In this document: positions 60,522 to 64,000 of the stretch, one piece after another
Numbering within the stretch: position 1 is the stretch's first letter
Layout: the number at the start of each line of letters is the position of its first letter
The notes under the pieces: generated by a model
Databases searched by the model: none
What the model was told of the DNA's origin: nothing
The model's input: only the letters and a program-made list of their open reading frames with translations
Position numbers and translations under genes: made by a program
From: a virus
Length of the DNA: 64,000 nt
Virus record (IMG/VR): IMGVR_UViG_3300045988_123906
Strand: one strand, 5' to 3'

Positions 60522-61373
60522 ATGCTGAAAGTTTATGCTGACTACGATGCAATCGCCAAGGCTGGCAAGCTGAACGAGCTGACCATCCCCGAGCTGGTGA
60601 AGTTCCTGAACGAGCAGAAAACTGTTCTGACCGCTGAGCAGTCTCAGAACGTCACCACCACGCTCAACAAGGCTGTTGAGAACAACAACAAGGCCGCTTG
60701 CGACAACAAGTGCGCTGAGTTCTGCGCCATGGAACGTTCTGAAATGTGGCGTTCCTACGCTCCGAACCCCTACTACATGGGTATCAAGATTACCACTGAC
60801 CCCAAGAGCGGTACTCTGTCCACCCAAGATGCCAAGATGCTCATCAAGTTCAAGGCACTGGAGAAGTATTACCAGACCCTGAACGCTGTCGAGACCAACG
60901 ACAAAGGGGAGCCTATGCCCAACAAGAGCGTAACTCTCTGCCGTGATGGTCACTATGAGAAACTGGTTATGCTGTTCAACGGTATGCTTTCTGAAGAGAC
61001 CGCAAGCGAGCTTGGTGCTGACAAACTGACCCGTAGCGCCAAGGTGGAAGAAACCCTCAAAGATATGGGGCTGGATTGCTTTGTCGGTCATGTCAACAAG
61101 GGCAAGCGCCTTGCTCAGCTCCAGGCTATCTGGAACGCCATGCTTCCTGAAGAGCTGGCAGCGGCCTGCACTGCGCTGTCCTGCGATATTAAGTATCTCA
61201 AGATTGCGGCCAATCGGGCAAAACAGGGCTCTGTCAAGGGTCTCGGTGATAAGGCCATGATTGACGAGATTGTTGTCACTATCTCCAAGGGCCTCTCTTT
61301 CGATGGCAAGACACGTTCTTCCAAGTACGACTTTGCAAGCAAGAGCAAGTTCTTTGCCAAAGCCGAGCAGTAA
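60522..61373 (+). CDS. hypothetical protein (283 aa), high-GC3 codon usage
   Basis: AAGAGGT before ATG 60522. Ends in TAA. The antisense ORF 60399..61478 has no SD. Confidence 0.6.
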   Translation: MLKVYADYDAIAKAGKLNELTIPELVKFLNEQKTVLTAEQSQNVTTTLNKAVENNNKAACDNKCAEFCAMERSEMWRSYAPNPYYMGIKITTDPKSGTLSTQDAKMLIKFKALEKYYQTLNAVETNDKGEPMPNKSVTLCRDGHYEKLVMLFNGMLSEETASELGADKLTRSAKVEETLKDMGLDCFVGHVNKGKRLAQLQAIWNAMLPEELAAACTALSCDIKYLKIAANRAKQGSVKGLGDKAMIDEIVVTISKGLSFDGKTRSSKYDFASKSKFFAKAEQ

Positions 61374-61496
61374 CACGCAATAGTCGGATACCCTTTCGGG
61401 GTCGCACCGTTCAAAGCGGCCCCTTTCCAGCTCCGCAATAGGGGCGTAGCGCCTTAGAGTGTGGCGCATTGTAGACACTCAGAAAAGAGGTTCACT

Positions 61497-62069
61497 ATGG
61501 ATTGTCCTTACATCATTCGTGAGAACATTGGCTTCGGCCGTGTTCGTGAGCATGGTTACTATCAGCTCGATGAGATGGCCTATGACCTGACCCACGACTT
61601 TGCAAACGCAGATGTCGAGGTCATCACTCGCACTCTGTACAACGTCACCATGGAGAGCGGCGAAGAGCTTTCCCAACTGGATGACGACACGGTGTTCAAG
61701 ATGTTGAGTGCCGGTCTGCCTGTCAAGTACATTGAGAACGCAAGGGATGGGTACATCATGTACTCTCGTCCTGAGAGCAAGCCAGCTGTCGAGGTTAAGA
61801 GAGTCGGCGGTATCACTCGTGCAAGCGCAAGTCGTGAACAGTACGATGATGCAATCATTATCCCCATGGCAAAAGAGTGGGCGGTTCTTGACCGTGCAGA
61901 CATTGGCGACCATTACCGCGTTATGGAATTCAAAGACAACGCCATCAATATGTTTGAACAGAAGACCGAACGTAAATGGTGCAATCGTCCGTTCTATGAT
62001 GAAGTCCGCCTGTATCACAATGGGATGCTTGTGCGGCTTTCTGTAAACGGACACGAGTTCATTTTTTAA
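61497..62069 (+). CDS. hypothetical protein (190 aa)
   Basis: AAAGAGG before ATG 61497. Ends in TAA. Confidence 0.6.
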   Translation: MDCPYIIRENIGFGRVREHGYYQLDEMAYDLTHDFANADVEVITRTLYNVTMESGEELSQLDDDTVFKMLSAGLPVKYIENARDGYIMYSRPESKPAVEVKRVGGITRASASREQYDDAIIIPMAKEWAVLDRADIGDHYRVMEFKDNAINMFEQKTERKWCNRPFYDEVRLYHNGMLVRLSVNGHEFIF

Positions 62070-62081
62070 CATCGTCGTTTT

Positions 62082-62112
62082 CGTCCCGGGCATGACGTTA
62101 AACTACCTACCC
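62082..62112 (+). promoter_or_regulatory. conserved leader motif copy B (CGTCCCGGGCATGACGTTAAACTACCTACCC)
   Basis: See copy A. It lies about 80 nt before ATG 62190. Confidence 0.35.
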
Positions 62113-62189
62113 CTACAATCGGAACGCCTTGACGTGGCGCAGGGGCTTTAAACTAAGAGTCCGAAAGAAAGAGAAAGGAGCTATCTTTG

Positions 62190-62783
62190 ATGTACAAGGA
62201 CAAAAACGGAATAGTCATTCAGTGTGTCAACCGCAAGGGTATGACGTACAACGGATGCAAAGTGCCGTACATGGGATTGTATGGCACTTTTGGCCACTAT
62301 GAATTTGTCGCAGAGCCGCGTTTTAACCCTCAGACGAAAGAAATGCGACTCAAGCATCGTGATATGAAAACGAAAACCAGATGGGACGATATGCCCAGCA
62401 AGGAAATCGTTTCGCATATCATCGATGCAGCACGAGTCAAGTGTGTCAAACTTTACAAGTGGGAAACCAAAATGGTAAACCCAGACCGGGATGAAATGAA
62501 AAAAGATTTCGAGATTTGGCGCAAAGAAGCATCCAATCCCGACTGCATTCGTCGTAAAAAATTCAAAATGAAATACCGTCAATCGTCCATGAGTGGTCAT
62601 GGATATTCTGAACTTAGCTGTACTCTTTATGGTGAATCCATTGAGATGAACGGAAAGCAGAAAAAATTGAATCGCTCTATGCAGACATATATGGACGGTA
62701 CCGGAATGGGTTCACGTTTCGATAATAGTGACCGTAGACCACTTGAACCGCAATTTCCAGTTAAATCTGGTAAACGCAAGTAA
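62190..62783 (+). CDS. hypothetical protein (197 aa)
   Basis: GAAAGGAG before ATG 62190. Ends in TAA. Confidence 0.6.
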   Translation: MYKDKNGIVIQCVNRKGMTYNGCKVPYMGLYGTFGHYEFVAEPRFNPQTKEMRLKHRDMKTKTRWDDMPSKEIVSHIIDAARVKCVKLYKWETKMVNPDRDEMKKDFEIWRKEASNPDCIRRKKFKMKYRQSSMSGHGYSELSCTLYGESIEMNGKQKKLNRSMQTYMDGTGMGSRFDNSDRRPLEPQFPVKSGKRK

Positions 62784-63035
62784 TTATTTATTGTTCCTAT
62801 GATTCCATTGTCCATCTGGGCCAATTTTGGAATCAGAATTTAAGCCAAGATTTGAATTCAAACAAGCTATTTTGTCTGAATTTTTAAGTTCTTTCTTTGA
62901 AAATTTTGTTTTGATAAAGATACCCTCACGCTTGTTTAGGGCACGTCTTTTTCGGCACAAATGTTTATAACAAAGTCCATCCTGAAAAACAGGTTCATTA
63001 CATTTTGGCTTAGAACAAGTTAATTTTGGCTTCAA
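62784..63035 (-). CDS. small AT-rich zinc-finger protein, homing-endonuclease-remnant-like (83 aa)
   Basis: AGGAGG lies 8 nt before TTG 63035. CSKPKCNEPVFQDGLCYKH resembles the zinc loop of phage HNH/His-Me endonucleases. No nuclease domain is present. Confidence 0.45.
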   Translation of the reverse strand: MKPKLTCSKPKCNEPVFQDGLCYKHLCRKRRALNKREGIFIKTKFSKKELKNSDKIACLNSNLGLNSDSKIGPDGQWNHRNNK

Positions 63036-63167
63036 AGTTATCGCCTCCTATTGGTATTATAAACGAAAACAATTCTATAATCAATTAGCGTACTCGTCAC
63101 ACCAAAAATGTGGCGTTTTCTTTTTACCTCTTTTCTCTGCTCCGCAAGGAGCGATACTGGGCGATTT

Positions 63168-63202
63168 ACGGTACCAGGGCAGACGTAACCGTAACCACAA
63201 CC
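63168..63202 (+). promoter_or_regulatory. conserved leader motif copy C (ACGGTACCAGGGCAGACGTAACCGTAACCACAACC)
   Basis: See copy A. It lies about 30 nt before the SD of 63231. Confidence 0.4.
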
Positions 63203-63230
63203 AAACAAAAATTGAAAGGAGCTTAGCAAA

Positions 63231-63419
63231 ATGAAATTCGTCAGAATCAACGGCGAAAACCACGCCGGTTACGCTCTGCTTGATATCGTCGAGCACAAAA
63301 CCACGAGCATGACTGTTGCAGAGCTGATGGAAGCTCTGTCCAAGTGCAGCCCGGACGCATACGTTACGTTCGGCAATAATTACGATGATTATGTCATCGA
63401 AACCGTAAACCAGATTTGA
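63231..63419 (+). CDS. hypothetical small protein (62 aa)
   Basis: GAAAGGAG before the ATG. Ends in TGA. Confidence 0.6.
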   Translation: MKFVRINGENHAGYALLDIVEHKTTSMTVAELMEALSKCSPDAYVTFGNNYDDYVIETVNQI

Positions 63420-63444
63420 GTATCAAACGAAAAGGAGAATCATC

Positions 63445-63561
63445 ATGGATTACTTTAGCACTGAATTCATTTTCGCTTGCGGCATCATCGTTGGCATTGC
63501 TTTGGCAATCGTAGCGCAGTCTATCTGGCATGATTTCCGCCGGGCAGCACGGCACCACTAA
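63445..63561 (+). CDS. 38-aa single-pass membrane peptide (MDYFSTEFIFACGIIVGIALAIVAQSIW...)
   Basis: AAAGGAGAA before ATG 63445. Ends in TAA. Below the ORF-track cutoff. Confidence 0.45.
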   Translation: MDYFSTEFIFACGIIVGIALAIVAQSIWHDFRRAARHH

Positions 63562-63643
63562 GCGCCGCTGTCACTAAGCGATGCAGTCGTAGTAAGCGTC
63601 GCTGTTCGAATCTAAACCACAAAAAAGAAAGAGGTATATCGTT

Positions 63644-64000
63644 ATGAAATCCATTTTGAAATCGCTGAAGTCCATGGCAGTGACAATCGCCGCTGTCTTT
63701 CTGATGGCCGCAATCTTTGCTCTGCCTGTTCCCACTACAAGCGCCGCAACTCCGCGTGATGTGGGTCTCCGTGGGCGCTACGTCCTCAGCGCAACCGTCT
63801 CTCAGCAGAATCTCCTTCATACGATGGATTCGAAAGGGATTTATCGGGATGTTCTGTACTGTTTCTTTGACGACGAAAACGGTGATGCCTGGTGTTATGC
63901 CTACGAATGCGCCGACGAAACTGTTGTTGTTCCTCCCATGAATCAGAGTGTTACGCTCATCATGAATTCGAATGGCACTCCTGATGATATCTTCGATGAT
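63644..64000 (+). CDS. secreted protein with a signal peptide, truncated by the window edge
   Basis: AAAGAGG before ATG 63644. MKSILKSLKSMAVTIAAVFLMAAIFALPVPTTSA looks like a signal peptide. The frame is open to the window end. Confidence 0.5.
   Translation, partial: MKSILKSLKSMAVTIAAVFLMAAIFALPVPTTSAATPRDVGLRGRYVLSATVSQQNLLHTMDSKGIYRDVLYCFFDDENGDAWCYAYECADETVVVPPMNQSVTLIMNSNGTPDDIFDD

Noticed and set aside
60399-62600. Long minus-strand ORFs 60399..61478, 61479..62093 and 62181..62600
   Set aside because: They are antisense shadows of the plus-strand genes. They have no SD, whereas the plus-strand ORFs each have AAGAGG/AAAGGAG sites at the correct spacing.
63038-63296. Minus-strand ORFs 63038..63250 and 63081..63296
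   Set aside because: They have no SD and overlap the conserved leader motif and the start of the plus-strand gene 63231. They are likely spurious.
1-64000. CRISPR arrays, rRNA genes, integrase/att sites, transposases
   Set aside because: No regularly spaced direct repeats, no rRNA-like sequence and no recombinase-like ORF were seen in this window.

Overview
The window is almost entirely one tailed-phage genome or prophage segment, siphovirus-like, with strong Firmicutes-style AGGAGG Shine-Dalgarno (SD) sites. On the minus strand from 59.2 kb down to 0 the order is: PIN-PhoH, an array of small early proteins, a YonO-like single-subunit RNA polymerase, and a metallophosphoesterase. Next come a tRNA-like element, a TerS-like protein, TerL, portal, scaffold, a decoration-like protein, the major capsid and neck proteins. 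These are followed by the tail tube, a RuvC-like resolvase, an enormous split tape-measure (TMP) gene, baseplate/tail proteins, a 2271-aa adhesin and fibre genes. 59.2-60.5 kb is noncoding (phased A-tracts and C-depleted G-rich repeats), followed by a divergent plus-strand gene set. Main observations: (1) TAG is an in-frame sense codon in at least 17 genes, while every unambiguous gene end is TAA or TGA. Several of these TAGs sit where Trp is expected, not the Gln known from other amber-recoded phages. (2) The TMP gene is interrupted by a group I intron carrying an endonuclease ORF. A second group I ribozyme has a guide sequence complementary to an exon junction 2.8 kb away, which predicts one TMP of about 4180 codons. 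(3) Seven tandem small genes share a C-terminal CxC-E-S-L-L tail. (4) A C9 homopolymer breaks a fibre-tip gene. All functional calls come from motifs read by eye; no database search was possible.
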